A stretch of 64,000 bases of DNA from an uncultured virus (IMG/VR IMGVR_UViG_3300029267_004181). Taxonomy: Duplodnaviria; Heunggongvirae; Uroviricota; Caudoviricetes. Below are positions 5,986 to 14,603 of the stretch, in pieces (within the stretch, counting starts at the first letter, position 1; each line of letters opens with the position of its first letter). The translations under genes and the position numbers were made by a program. The stretch lies in the IMG/VR virus record IMGVR_UViG_3300029267_004181; one strand, written 5' to 3'. The notes beneath the pieces are model-generated. The model had not been told where the DNA came from. It was given only the letters and a program-made list of their open reading frames with translations, and did no database searches.

Positions 5986-6267
5986 TTACCAACCCCAATC
6001 GGGACTCAGTAGCCCCATGATCGCGGCGACCGCTACATCAAGGCATTCCGAGTCAATCGCCGCACGGGTCCCGGAATGCACGGCCTCGCGCAACTCCGCC
6101 ATCTCCTCGTCCAGTATCCCGAGCAGTTCATGGCGGCTTGCTAGCTGTCTGCGGCCCTTCTGCCGTAGGCGCATTTCCAGCCAGCGTTGGACTCGGTAGA
6201 GGATCTCGTCTTCAGCATCTTTCTTGATCTGTGGGCGTTTGATCATTGGTCTTGGCTCCTGGCTCAT
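5986..6267 (-). CDS. MazG-like all-alpha NTP pyrophosphohydrolase, 93 aa
   Basis: Acidic EE-x-x-E...E-x-x-DVA pattern (LDEEMAELREAV...SECLDVAVAA). GGAGG RBS. Confidence 0.6.
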   Translation of the reverse strand: MSQEPRPMIKRPQIKKDAEDEILYRVQRWLEMRLRQKGRRQLASRHELLGILDEEMAELREAVHSGTRAAIDSECLDVAVAAIMGLLSPDWGW

Positions 6268-6839
6268 TCGTCCTCCGGCAGCACTCCCGCCTTGCGGGCG
6301 GCGTCAATGGCGTTGAACAAGCGGCGGCACGCTACGCCATGCTGCGTTCGCAACGCATGAGTATCCCGCCACTCTGCCGCCGCCTCCAGCACCTCGGCCA
6401 ACTTCAGCATACGCCACAAAGCGTGACGACCGAGCTTGATGGCCTCACAACGTTCGGCGTATATACTCCATGTTCCCTCGATGGGCCTGCCTTCAAGCAT
6501 CGCATCAAGATAGGCAATTGCTTCTGCTTCACTTGTCTTCATTCTTACCCTCCATTGGTAAAACCCCCGCCTTATTGGTAAAACCCCCGCCTTGCGGGCT
6601 GCGTCGATGGCTTGGCATAGTCGTACAAGCTCATCCGGTGCGGGCGGTTCATGGCAGCGCCACGCATCATATATCTCAAGCGCCGCCTCCAGCACCTCGG
6701 CCAGGGGGGCGACGGGCTGCCATTGGCCGCAAAAGCTATCGGCGAACTTGAGCGTGGTATTTGGCGAGTGACAGCACGCCCCTAGACGGCCCGCCAATGA
6801 GTGCCAGTGTATGCACGTCTCGCACCTATCCGGTCTCAT
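6264..6839 (-). CDS. Hypothetical protein; apparent fusion of two paralogous genes (internal start at 6542)
   Basis: Two copies of LAEVLEAA-x-E...AIDAARKAGVLP. N-terminal C-x-x-C-x-x-W...CG-x-W motif. Internal RBS and ATG at 6542. Confidence 0.7.
   Translation of the reverse strand: MRPDRCETCIHWHSLAGRLGACCHSPNTTLKFADSFCGQWQPVAPLAEVLEAALEIYDAWRCHEPPAPDELVRLCQAIDAARKAGVLPIRRGFYQWRVRMKTSEAEAIAYLDAMLEGRPIEGTWSIYAERCEAIKLGRHALWRMLKLAEVLEAAAEWRDTHALRTQHGVACRRLFNAIDAARKAGVLPEDE
6554..6593. repeat. Perfect 20-nt tandem duplication
   Basis: ATTGGTAAAACCCCCGCCTT at 6554-6573 and 6574-6593. Confidence 0.95.
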
Positions 6840-7359
6840 CGTCGCCCTCCTCTTCTCGAACCCACCCTGCAATCTGCTGATTCGCCTCCGGCGTGTCCTC
6901 GCCCAGCGATGCCAGCCAACCCATGCCCAGCTGCATCTCCTCTATTGCGTCCTCATTTACCCATCTACGGCTGTGCAGGCACCCAAACGCCCGGATCTCC
7001 AGATCGTTCAGATACCAGTCCTCCGGGCCGCCTAGCAGGTAGCCCATGCAGTACAGGTTGATCGTGTTGCTCTCCAGCCGCTTGAGGAAGTCGTGGGCGA
7101 GACCTGTCCAGTCCAGCACGCGCCAGACAGATGCCTTGGCGTGCTTCACGCTGGTGTCGCACGTCCCGGTCAGCCCAGGACCCACCCAGCAATCAACCTC
7201 ATCCCAAAACACGTGCCGGCACGCTCCGCCCTCCACGACCTCTTCGCAGATATGGCAATAGACGTGTTGCTCATGGTCGCAGTTCTCGCACAGCCCGTTG
7301 ATAACATCCTCATCGCCGCCGCAGATTTCACAGATCAGAGTCTCCTGCTCAGTCGCCAT
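6826..7359 (-). CDS. Cys-rich (Zn-finger-like) hypothetical protein
   Basis: CEIC, CENC and CHIC motifs. GGAGG RBS; coupled to both neighbours. Confidence 0.7.
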   Translation of the reverse strand: MATEQETLICEICGGDEDVINGLCENCDHEQHVYCHICEEVVEGGACRHVFWDEVDCWVGPGLTGTCDTSVKHAKASVWRVLDWTGLAHDFLKRLESNTINLYCMGYLLGGPEDWYLNDLEIRAFGCLHSRRWVNEDAIEEMQLGMGWLASLGEDTPEANQQIAGWVREEEGDDETG

Positions 7360-8008
7360 CGTCAACCTCCGTCTTGGCCGCCCGGCTTGGCGCTTCGACC
7401 TTGCGCCAGTCGCGGTACTCCAGCGTCCACGGTCCTTCTGGCTGCGGGCAGGGAGCCCCGCGATGGCTAATCTGCCGAGCCAGAATCTTGCACTCACCTA
7501 TGGCAGTAATCTGTATCACCGTCTCCCCGTAACCCTCGTCGCCGGCTAGGTAGGTTCCTACTTCCCAATCGTTCGTTCTGCACAGAGCGGCGTCAGACTC
7601 CGGCCCCGGCGGGTCGGTGGGTTCAAGGAATGATTCGCCTGCTGTCTGCTCCGGGTCGTAGTGGTAGAGCCAGATCAGTTCACGTGATCTCACCTGGCCG
7701 CCCTGGGACTGTCCGTCCACCTGGAGGGTTGGTCGCACCCATCCCCCCACCTCGAACCTGGGTTTGGGCACCTCGGCCCGCAGCCGCTCCAGTTCGGCCT
7801 CCAGTTCCCGAACACGGCATTTCTGCGTATGAAGATCGGCCTTAGCTGCTACTATATCTACCTCAAGGTCGGGTGTCCGCAGCGCATCGCAGGCCATCAC
7901 AAGCGCCTCGCGGCGATTCTTACGAATCAGCCAGCCCCGACCGCCGAGGAAATCGGACTTTCCACGGGCCATGTAATCGAGCAGTTCAATCGCCCGGTTC
8001 CTATCCAT
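7349..8008 (-). CDS. Hypothetical phage protein
   Basis: GGAGG RBS before MDRNRAIE. Coiled-coil segment; overlaps both neighbours. Confidence 0.7.
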   Translation of the reverse strand: MDRNRAIELLDYMARGKSDFLGGRGWLIRKNRREALVMACDALRTPDLEVDIVAAKADLHTQKCRVRELEAELERLRAEVPKPRFEVGGWVRPTLQVDGQSQGGQVRSRELIWLYHYDPEQTAGESFLEPTDPPGPESDAALCRTNDWEVGTYLAGDEGYGETVIQITAIGECKILARQISHRGAPCPQPEGPWTLEYRDWRKVEAPSRAAKTEVDDGD

Positions 8009-8318
8009 CGTCGGCCTCCTTCCACTGTGCTTGCAGCGTGGCGATGATCTCATCTACAGTACGCCGCAACAAAGCCAGCGCCTGCTCCTGAGAATCGTTG
8101 AAGTTGAGAGGGCATGGTTGCGATGCCATCATCCGCTTGCCATATAGACGCACGTCGATATCTACGCGGCCCATCACACCAACCTCTTTTGGTTCTGGGA
8201 TTCCACCGCCTCCAAGACAGAAGGCATAGTTGGCAAACAGGCTGCGTTCTGTACCGCTATTGGTAATCTTTAGTGCCCAGCCGCGATAAGTCTCTGTACA
8301 TTCAATGTGTTCAGCCAT
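8001..8318 (-). CDS. Hypothetical protein
   Basis: GGAG RBS before MAEHIEC; coupled overlap. Confidence 0.65.
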   Translation of the reverse strand: MAEHIECTETYRGWALKITNSGTERSLFANYAFCLGGGGIPEPKEVGVMGRVDIDVRLYGKRMMASQPCPLNFNDSQEQALALLRRTVDEIIATLQAQWKEADDG

Positions 8319-8631
8319 CGTCGGTCTCCAAAACAATCCCAAGTTCCAGCAGGTCGTCCTCCGACTCCGTTACCCGATGATCCGGGCAGAACGCCTTGCC
8401 GTCAGCCGCCGGCGTCCCTTGGAACGTCCAGCCGGCGTCGTGGGCGTCTTGGGCAAGCAACTCGACAGCATCGATCCTGCTGCAATCCGTAGCGTCGAGG
8501 TCGTCTACATATTGACGAGCCACCCCACACCAGTTCTTCGAGAACACGCGCCCGCAGACGGCGCACTTGAGGACCTGTTGTAGCAGGGCGGGCTTGCCGC
8601 AGTGGGCGCAGCGGGTATGCCAGCTACTCAT
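8311..8631 (-). CDS. Small Zn-finger-like protein
   Basis: CAHC, CAVC, GW...FCPDH motifs; GGAGG RBS. Confidence 0.7.
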   Translation of the reverse strand: MSSWHTRCAHCGKPALLQQVLKCAVCGRVFSKNWCGVARQYVDDLDATDCSRIDAVELLAQDAHDAGWTFQGTPAADGKAFCPDHRVTESEDDLLELGIVLETDDG

Positions 8632-8908
8632 CGTCACCCTCCAGCTTGGCCAGGGCGGCCATTAGTTGATCCTCCCGAACCCGCCCATCCCACATGTGAA
8701 AATCCAGAACGTGTCGAACCGTCTGGATCAACTCCGGAATCGCCTCCGGGTTGATCCCCGCGCAGGCGTTGGCACAGGCGACTGCATACTCGGCGTCGCG
8801 CCTGGAGTTGCAGAGAAAGCGACTACGCCCCAGCGAGTCGCGCACGCAGCTCCGGCCTAGCCCGTTGGTCTCGGCAATCCACGGCAGGTGTAGGTCGTCG
8901 TCACTCAT
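8624..8908 (-). CDS. Hypothetical protein, tandem paralog 3
   Basis: Shares LPW...NACAG-x-NPEAIP...ALAKLE with the two adjacent genes. Confidence 0.8.
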   Translation of the reverse strand: MSDDDLHLPWIAETNGLGRSCVRDSLGRSRFLCNSRRDAEYAVACANACAGINPEAIPELIQTVRHVLDFHMWDGRVREDQLMAALAKLEGDDE

Positions 8909-9197
8909 CGTTGCCCTCCAGCTTGGCCAGGGCGACCAATGTGTCCCGCGCAGCGCCCTCGCTCATGTACTTCAGGCGAGGGCGTAGGCGTCGCACTGCC
9001 TCAATCAGTTCCGGTATCGCCTCCGGGTTGGCGATACCCGCGCAGGCGTTGAAGCACGTCACACCCGCCTCAAACACATCGTCGGGGATTCCCCCTTGCC
9101 AGTAGACTAGTCGCCCGTTTGCATCTACCACTCGCGATCCGGTCGGCGGTCTTGATATCCGCCACGGTAGCGGGCGCTCGTCGAACAAGTCACTCAT
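8901..9197 (-). CDS. Hypothetical protein, tandem paralog 2
   Basis: Shares LPW...DANG...NACAGIANPEAIPEL...ALAKLE. Confidence 0.8.
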   Translation of the reverse strand: MSDLFDERPLPWRISRPPTGSRVVDANGRLVYWQGGIPDDVFEAGVTCFNACAGIANPEAIPELIEAVRRLRPRLKYMSEGAARDTLVALAKLEGNDE

Positions 9198-9483
9198 TGC
9201 TTTCCTCCAGTTTGGCCAGGGCGGCCTTCATCTGTTCGATTCGCACCGCCTCGCCGACAATGGGTAGATCGAACAAGTGCCGCATCGCGTCAATGAATCC
9301 TGGAATCGCTTCGGGGTTGAGACCCGCGCAGGCGTTGGCGGCGGCGACGATGTACTGGGCCAGGTCCTCCTCCAGCGACGACGTGACACGGTTACCATTC
9401 GCCGCGTCGATCTGCCACAGCTTGTCGCAGCCACCCGAGTAGGTGTGCCACGGCAGCGGGTATTCCTTGTACAGGTTGCTCAT
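9190..9483 (-). CDS. Hypothetical protein, tandem paralog 1
   Basis: Shares LPW...NACAGLNPEAIP...ALAKLE. Start set at MSNLY after AAGGA. Confidence 0.8.
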   Translation of the reverse strand: MSNLYKEYPLPWHTYSGGCDKLWQIDAANGNRVTSSLEEDLAQYIVAAANACAGLNPEAIPGFIDAMRHLFDLPIVGEAVRIEQMKAALAKLEESNE

Positions 9484-9502
9484 TGCTCTATCCTTTCTAT
9501 CT

Positions 9503-9730
9503 TTACCCAACGGCGCTTGCCCCGGCCCCAGATGATATCATCACGCCAGCTGCCCTAGCTGCGTCTATAACTTCTAGCAGATGTGCGTGTGCTTGAGCAA
9601 CTTTCTCCTTCATGCCAGTAGGCAGCTGTATGCACTCGCTGCCTTCTATACACGCGTATGCTTGGCGATATGCACACGCCGCCCGGACGATATTTCCGTA
9701 ATGCTCCATTACTTCGTGCAGCATCAGCAT
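9503..9730 (-). CDS. Hypothetical protein
   Basis: C-terminal IDAARAAGV resembles the module repeated in 6264-6839. Confidence 0.6.
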   Translation of the reverse strand: MLMLHEVMEHYGNIVRAACAYRQAYACIEGSECIQLPTGMKEKVAQAHAHLLEVIDAARAAGVMISSGAGASAVG

Positions 9731-9927
9731 TTCTTCTGTCCTTTCTGTTGCGGCTCGCGTGGCGCATAGCCGCGTATAGCCTCTGACCTAGCCGCCACAC
9801 GCCCGCACACTGTGCAACGCATGCCAGGCTTTCCACCGACCGACACTTTGCACGGATTGAAAACACGGCAACCTTCGCCGTGCAGCTTGTCCTGCGCCGG
9901 ATGCCGGCAACCACATCTGGCTATCAT
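9724..9927 (-). CDS. Small Cys/His protein (Zn-ribbon-like)
   Basis: C-x-C-x-H-x-x-QD...G-x-RV-x-N...RCTVCG; AGGAG RBS. Confidence 0.65.
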   Translation of the reverse strand: MIARCGCRHPAQDKLHGEGCRVFNPCKVSVGGKPGMRCTVCGRVAARSEAIRGYAPREPQQKGQKKC

Positions 9928-10346
9928 GTTTCTTCTCCTTTTGAACAAGCCGGCGGATTTGCCGGCGGGTCGTCCAGCGGACGGAAGTACGTTGCAGGAA
10001 ACGTACATGCCTCCTGATACAACTCGTCCAAGCCTACAACCACAAGACAATCAGTAAACTCGTCTTTCTGAATTCTGACAGGAACCCATGCGCCTGCTCT
10101 GACGATGGTAGCGCCGTGTGCAGCCCTTGATTCGTCCCAGAACCAGTAGTAGCCCGGACCAACATCAGCAAATTTGCTGATGTTAGCTTCCCATTCGCCA
10201 CACCACTCGTTTGCCTTCCTCGCCGGAAACGCCGAGCACCGGCGATGGCACTCACCTGCAGCCAGATTCAGGTTCCCGGCCAAATCTGGCATTTGCCAGA
10301 ACTTACAATTCTCGCAAATGCGTAAACGAGTATCGTCCTTGTCCAT
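9924..10346 (-). CDS. Hypothetical protein with N-terminal Cys/Trp motif
   Basis: CENCKFW...GEC...WCGEW, similar to the N-terminus of the gene starting at 6839; AGGAG RBS. Confidence 0.65.
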   Translation of the reverse strand: MDKDDTRLRICENCKFWQMPDLAGNLNLAAGECHRRCSAFPARKANEWCGEWEANISKFADVGPGYYWFWDESRAAHGATIVRAGAWVPVRIQKDEFTDCLVVVGLDELYQEACTFPATYFRPLDDPPANPPACSKGEET

Positions 10347-10381
10347 GCTCTGCGACTCCTTTCGGCCGTTAAAGCCTGCTC

Positions 10382-11017
10382 TTAGTGGTCTGGAAGAATT
10401 GCTGGACTTGCACAGTAAGTCCGCCAAGATTCAGCCTCTTCTCTGGTTAGGAACCAGTGAATACCGTTCGAGCATTCATGCCAGCGGCAGGGGTCCCAGC
10501 TGTCTGCGTCTATACGCTCACCCGGACGGTACTCGGTACGAAGCCCGCAATACTGCGTGTACCCCTCACCTTCTAAAACAACAACGTAGTCGCTGCGAAA
10601 CTTGCGAGTGGTTGCGCAGCTACGGCGGGCATCCGCCGGGATGCGCAACTTGCACAGCCTGTCGTCCAACAGTTTCTTCCAGGCAATCAACTCACCTTCA
10701 GGTGCCGGATGGATGCCGGCAGTGAGATAAGAGACGATGATCCCGCACAAATTGGCCTCGATCAGATTGGCCCCGCGCAGATTGGCCTCGATCAGATTGG
10801 CCCCGCGCAGATTGGCCCCGCGCAGATCAGCCCCGTCCATGTTGGCTCTGCGCAGATCAGCCCCGCGCAGATTGGCCTCGATCAGATCAGTCCCGTCCAG
10901 GTTGATCCCGGCCAGGTTGGCCCCGACCAGGTTGGCCCTTTCGCCCTGCTCTTGACGTGTAGCTATCCAGATTCTGTGCTTGTCCAGCACCTTCTTCAGC
11001 TCTTCCTGGTTCATCAT
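10382..11017 (-). CDS. Pentapeptide-repeat protein with DUF5758-like C-terminal domain
   Basis: Tandem A(N/D)L-x-x repeats, followed by WKK...KL-x-IP-x-DARRS...RK-x-R...D-x-W...W-x-ECS-x-GIH-x-F-x-TR-x-EA. Confidence 0.9.
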   Translation of the reverse strand: MMNQEELKKVLDKHRIWIATRQEQGERANLVGANLAGINLDGTDLIEANLRGADLRRANMDGADLRGANLRGANLIEANLRGANLIEANLCGIIVSYLTAGIHPAPEGELIAWKKLLDDRLCKLRIPADARRSCATTRKFRSDYVVVLEGEGYTQYCGLRTEYRPGERIDADSWDPCRWHECSNGIHWFLTREEAESWRTYCASPAILPDH

Positions 11018-11202
11018 CTCCTCCTTGACAAAATCGGCCGGGATTCCCCACCCCGGCGCCTGCAGCAGACCTGTCTGTCCTGTAGCAGCAGGGTCTGCCT
11101 CCGCCCGTCCCGTTGACGCCAGGCTTCATCAATCCACCTGACACCCAGATTCGACTTCTTGCGGCCGAACCACTTACCAGGCTCTGCCAAGCCTCGATGT
11201 TG

Positions 11203-11550
11203 TCAGTAACTGATGTAGAGACAAGCGCAAAAGCTCGTCTCTTCCAGCTTGATTGTAAGACCGTGAGCATGACAAAACGCTAACAGCTTGTTCTTCCACG
11301 CGTCAAGCACACGAGGCTGCACGCAGATTCCGCAGTCTGAACGCAAATCCCTCGGAATCCATTCTTCGCGCAGAGACTCCTTGCAAGCCAACCAGTATGT
11401 CGGATCTTCGCAACTGCCCGACATCACGATTGTTACGGCGCTGTCAGACGGTATTCCTTCTACTTCCTCTGCCAGATCCATGCGTTTCAGAGCAGTCTGC
11501 TCGTCAGGCTTGTAGCCGTAAAACACCGACAGATGGTAGTCAACGCTCAT
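11203..11550 (-). CDS. Hypothetical protein
   Basis: AAGGAG RBS; fits the gene chain. Confidence 0.65.
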   Translation of the reverse strand: MSVDYHLSVFYGYKPDEQTALKRMDLAEEVEGIPSDSAVTIVMSGSCEDPTYWLACKESLREEWIPRDLRSDCGICVQPRVLDAWKNKLLAFCHAHGLTIKLEETSFCACLYISY

Positions 11551-11564
11551 GCGTAGCTCCTTGC

Positions 11565-12131
11565 CTATTCCGTACGCTCGTACACAGAAAAGACGCGCAC
11601 CCGGTTGCCAAAGCCCATTAATACTGCTACTACTGCGACCGATCTCAGCGCAGCAGGCGGACGCGCCCAGATATAATGCAGCATACCAGCGCGCCCGCCA
11701 GGCTTAAGGACCTGAACACACTTGCGCAGCAGCTCTGCAGGCGACGGGAACCCAACACCCTTTCCGCCGTACATAGCTGCATCCTCCGGTGTGTACGGAG
11801 GATCGCACAAAATTGCGTCCCATTGTGCAAACCCAGGAGCGTACGGAATATCCTCGTCGGTCAAGTCTACGCAGTGATCCGGCTCAACAGCCGGATCAGC
11901 ATCAAGGGTAAAATCGTTCTTGCCCTTGCCGCGTACCCCAGGATAATCTTTCACTCGTCCGGAACACACATGCAGTACGTAATCGGTCTGCGCCACACCC
12001 AAAAGCACTCTGGCTCGTTCCAAAAACCCGTTCGGGAACGCGCCGTAGTACTTTACTTTGGGTCGCGCAAGAATCCATACGTCTGTGATCGGTCTCGTGC
12101 CCAACTGTTCCTCCTTGACGCTACCGCGCAA
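11565..12131 (-). CDS. Small SAM-dependent amino-methyltransferase (DPPY type)
   Basis: Motif I-like VLHVCSG, acidic D after strand 2, motif IV DAILCDPPY and VLKPGG. Exact start uncertain. Confidence 0.75.
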   Translation of the reverse strand: MRGSVKEEQLGTRPITDVWILARPKVKYYGAFPNGFLERARVLLGVAQTDYVLHVCSGRVKDYPGVRGKGKNDFTLDADPAVEPDHCVDLTDEDIPYAPGFAQWDAILCDPPYTPEDAAMYGGKGVGFPSPAELLRKCVQVLKPGGRAGMLHYIWARPPAALRSVAVVAVLMGFGNRVRVFSVYERTE

Positions 12132-12912
12132 AAACTTCCTGCTTACGCAACTCGATCGCCTGTTCCAACAGGCTGTTCATATGGTCACGAGCAGCCCGGT
12201 ACGTCGGCAGATTTACCAACATGGGCTGAACGGAATTTCTCTCCAGCAGATAACGCACGTGCAAAATCCGTTCTGCGGCATTCCTAACAACTTCACCAGG
12301 AGTACGATATGAGACTGCAGAGCTCACAGCTTCCAGAATAGCCATCCAGCAAGGATTACTCTTCACAAACGAGCTTTCATTCGCCCTAGTAAGAATCTGC
12401 TGATTAGCCTGCTGATAATCAAAATGATGAAGTACATCATCATCATCGGGCATACAATCGCCGTTGCGCATATGGTGTCTATGCATAGTTACTACGTCTG
12501 GCATGTCCATAATATCATAGATATCGTCTCGGGCTAGCCAGCTACGCATGTAATCTACGTAGTCGCAGGCCAGATATCTGAACTGATCAGACATATTGAC
12601 TGACCATAGAGCTGTTCTATGTTCAGCCTGCACATGGTCAGAGAATTCCAGAATTTCACCGTCTAGCTGCACTCGACTAACTAGACAATGATTGCAGCCA
12701 TACAAGCCCATCAAGCCGTCAAACGGCTTGAACGAAGCGTGCAGGGCGTTCTCCTTGCATAGAGCCTTCTTTGTATCTATGGACAGAGTGACACCCTGTA
12801 CGATAGGCAAATCGCCAAATACCGTGCGGCCGATGACACCTGCTGATTCTACGACTGGCCGAGCAAAATGCCAGGCCAGCTTTCTTCCTTTGAAAGAGTT
12901 GCCTGCAGACAC
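12121..12912 (-). CDS. Hypothetical phage protein
   Basis: 263-aa ORF coupled to both neighbours; WHF...LC-x-x-x-LHAS...RV-x-L-x-G-x-I pattern. Confidence 0.7.
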   Translation of the reverse strand: MSAGNSFKGRKLAWHFARPVVESAGVIGRTVFGDLPIVQGVTLSIDTKKALCKENALHASFKPFDGLMGLYGCNHCLVSRVQLDGEILEFSDHVQAEHRTALWSVNMSDQFRYLACDYVDYMRSWLARDDIYDIMDMPDVVTMHRHHMRNGDCMPDDDDVLHHFDYQQANQQILTRANESSFVKSNPCWMAILEAVSSAVSYRTPGEVVRNAAERILHVRYLLERNSVQPMLVNLPTYRAARDHMNSLLEQAIELRKQEVFAR

Positions 12913-12913
12913 G

Positions 12914-13132
12914 CTAGCCTCCTCTCACACTCGCCGCGTCCGACGAGACCAGCAGCACGCTAAACGGGCTAGCCTCGGCCTCGATATCCTGTAACAAGCC
13001 GGCGCTAACGACCCAGCCAGGCAGCACGTACACTGTCACTGAATCGCTCTGTCTGCGCAGACCTACAGCATGAATGCCGTTTACGCCCAGAAACTTCTTA
13101 CGCACCTGTCTTTTTGCGTCCTCAAGCGCCAT
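12914..13132 (-). CDS. Hypothetical protein
   Basis: GAGGAG RBS; fits the gene chain. Confidence 0.65.
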   Translation of the reverse strand: MALEDAKRQVRKKFLGVNGIHAVGLRRQSDSVTVYVLPGWVVSAGLLQDIEAEASPFSVLLVSSDAASVRGG

Positions 13133-13152
13133 GTTTCATTCTCCTCTGAAAC

Positions 13153-13185
13153 GCCGGCTTCGGCAGGACGCCGAAGCCGGCTTTT
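13153..13185. terminator. Intrinsic terminator-like hairpin
   Basis: 12-bp stem GCCGGCTTCGGC/GCCGAAGCCGGC with 5-nt loop; TTTT on the plus side and GTTT on the minus side; intergenic. Confidence 0.7.
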
Positions 13186-13195
13186 GATCGACAAC

Positions 13196-13762
13196 TCAGG
13201 CGTCACGAAACGCCTTGCCGGGCGTCCTGATACGACCAGGACGCAGCAAGGCTTCTATCAGAACGCTTAAAAGAAAACGCCACTCCTCGCCGCTGTCAGG
13301 CTGATGAGGCTGATAGACGTAGCATCCGCCCGACTCTGCGTTGTCGCGTGCGCGGCAAGCGGCTCGCTCTTGCCAGTTAGCCTGGCCCATGGCATCCCGG
13401 CTCCTGCATTCCACCGTTACTTCGCAAGGGAGCGTGTAAGTCCCTCGCGACGTCAGCACGATGCGCCGTTCCGCAGTCTCGAAGATGACGAAGCTATTAC
13501 CGTCATCACTGACCTGGGCTGGTAGAGGCGAAAGCAAGTCCTGACGCGCCTGCTCGATGGTGCCTACAGCCATTCGGACAACTTCCACGTCGTTGGTCTT
13601 GCATAGCAACAAGACCAACTCAGAGACCAACTCATTGATCCTGAGCTCCGACTCCACCTCCCCGTTTTCTCCAGAGTCTCGTACAGTCTCTACACACTCC
13701 TGTAGCTCGCGAGCTAGAGGGCACAGAGCTGTAAGCGCTGCCTGATCAGTCACCTTGGCCAT
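13196..13762 (-). CDS. Hypothetical protein
   Basis: AAGGAG RBS before MAKVTDQ. Confidence 0.65.
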   Translation of the reverse strand: MAKVTDQAALTALCPLARELQECVETVRDSGENGEVESELRINELVSELVLLLCKTNDVEVVRMAVGTIEQARQDLLSPLPAQVSDDGNSFVIFETAERRIVLTSRGTYTLPCEVTVECRSRDAMGQANWQERAACRARDNAESGGCYVYQPHQPDSGEEWRFLLSVLIEALLRPGRIRTPGKAFRDA

Positions 13763-14270
13763 GCTCGTCTCCTTTCTCGTACAGCTTGAGCAGGCTGCAT
13801 GCCGACCGCAATTCATCCACGCTCCGCGTGGTGTCAGCGATCTTGCGAAGCTCTGCTACCAACTCGTCACAGGTGTACCCTGTGGCAGGATCGTAGTCGT
13901 TGTCCTTACGCTGTGCACGCGTCAGCGCCATTTCGATGTCTGACACCGAAAGCTCCTCACGCGGCATGGGGACCGTCTCGCCTATGTTAGGATTCGCCTC
14001 CTTCCAGCTGATGCGTAGCAGCCGGAGGAGATCCTGCGCCTTCACGAGACACTCCAGCCCGTTTGCATGATCTACGCACAGCCGCAACTGCGACGTATGA
14101 ATCACGATACACGGGCCTTTATACTCACCCGCCGCGTCCGTAACGACCTCGACATGCGTAATGTCGAGGAGCGGAATCCGCGCCTCGGTATACGTGGTTG
14201 GCGGCGCATACCTGGACCTCTGCAGCACCACCAGCTTGTCCTCTTCGATTTTCCAGTACTTGGAAATCAT
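13746..14270 (-). CDS. Hypothetical protein
   Basis: AGGAGG RBS; ATGA overlap with the upstream gene. Confidence 0.7.
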   Translation of the reverse strand: MISKYWKIEEDKLVVLQRSRYAPPTTYTEARIPLLDITHVEVVTDAAGEYKGPCIVIHTSQLRLCVDHANGLECLVKAQDLLRLLRISWKEANPNIGETVPMPREELSVSDIEMALTRAQRKDNDYDPATGYTCDELVAELRKIADTTRSVDELRSACSLLKLYEKGDEHGQGD

Positions 14271-14524
14271 GCCTTCCTCCTTCTGTTGTCCGCTTCACTT
14301 TCCAACCTAACCAATACTTGGCTAGGATGGTCTCCGGCACCAACAACGGTGCCGGTATATGTGAGCAAAAACAGATCTCGGTCTTCCTTGGTCTCTTCAA
14401 GGGTTCCCATGATTACGTAGTCAAACCAGCCGGGATCGTCGACGTACGCACTGCGCAGTCGCACTTTTTCGCCTGGTACAGCTATTCCAGCTGCTTTTAC
14501 TATGTGCGCTTCCATCTTCTTCAT
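14267..14524 (-). CDS. Hypothetical protein
   Basis: AAGGAGGT RBS before MKKMEAH. Confidence 0.65.
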   Translation of the reverse strand: MKKMEAHIVKAAGIAVPGEKVRLRSAYVDDPGWFDYVIMGTLEETKEDRDLFLLTYTGTVVGAGDHPSQVLVRLESEADNRRRKA

Positions 14525-14603
14525 CCAGGAACCTCCTTCCTCCTCGATAGCTAAGACAAGAAGTTCTTGGATCCTGCCGGGTCCAAGAGCTTTGCCCCTC
14601 GTC

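Noticed and set aside
5688..6012. ORFs 5688-5909 (-) and 5803-6012 (+)
   Set aside because: No convincing RBS or motifs, and the region is occupied by closed stems. Not fully excluded without a homology search.
10740..10940. 15-nt DNA tandem repeats as a regulatory repeat array
   Set aside because: Fully explained by the pentapeptide-repeat coding sequence.
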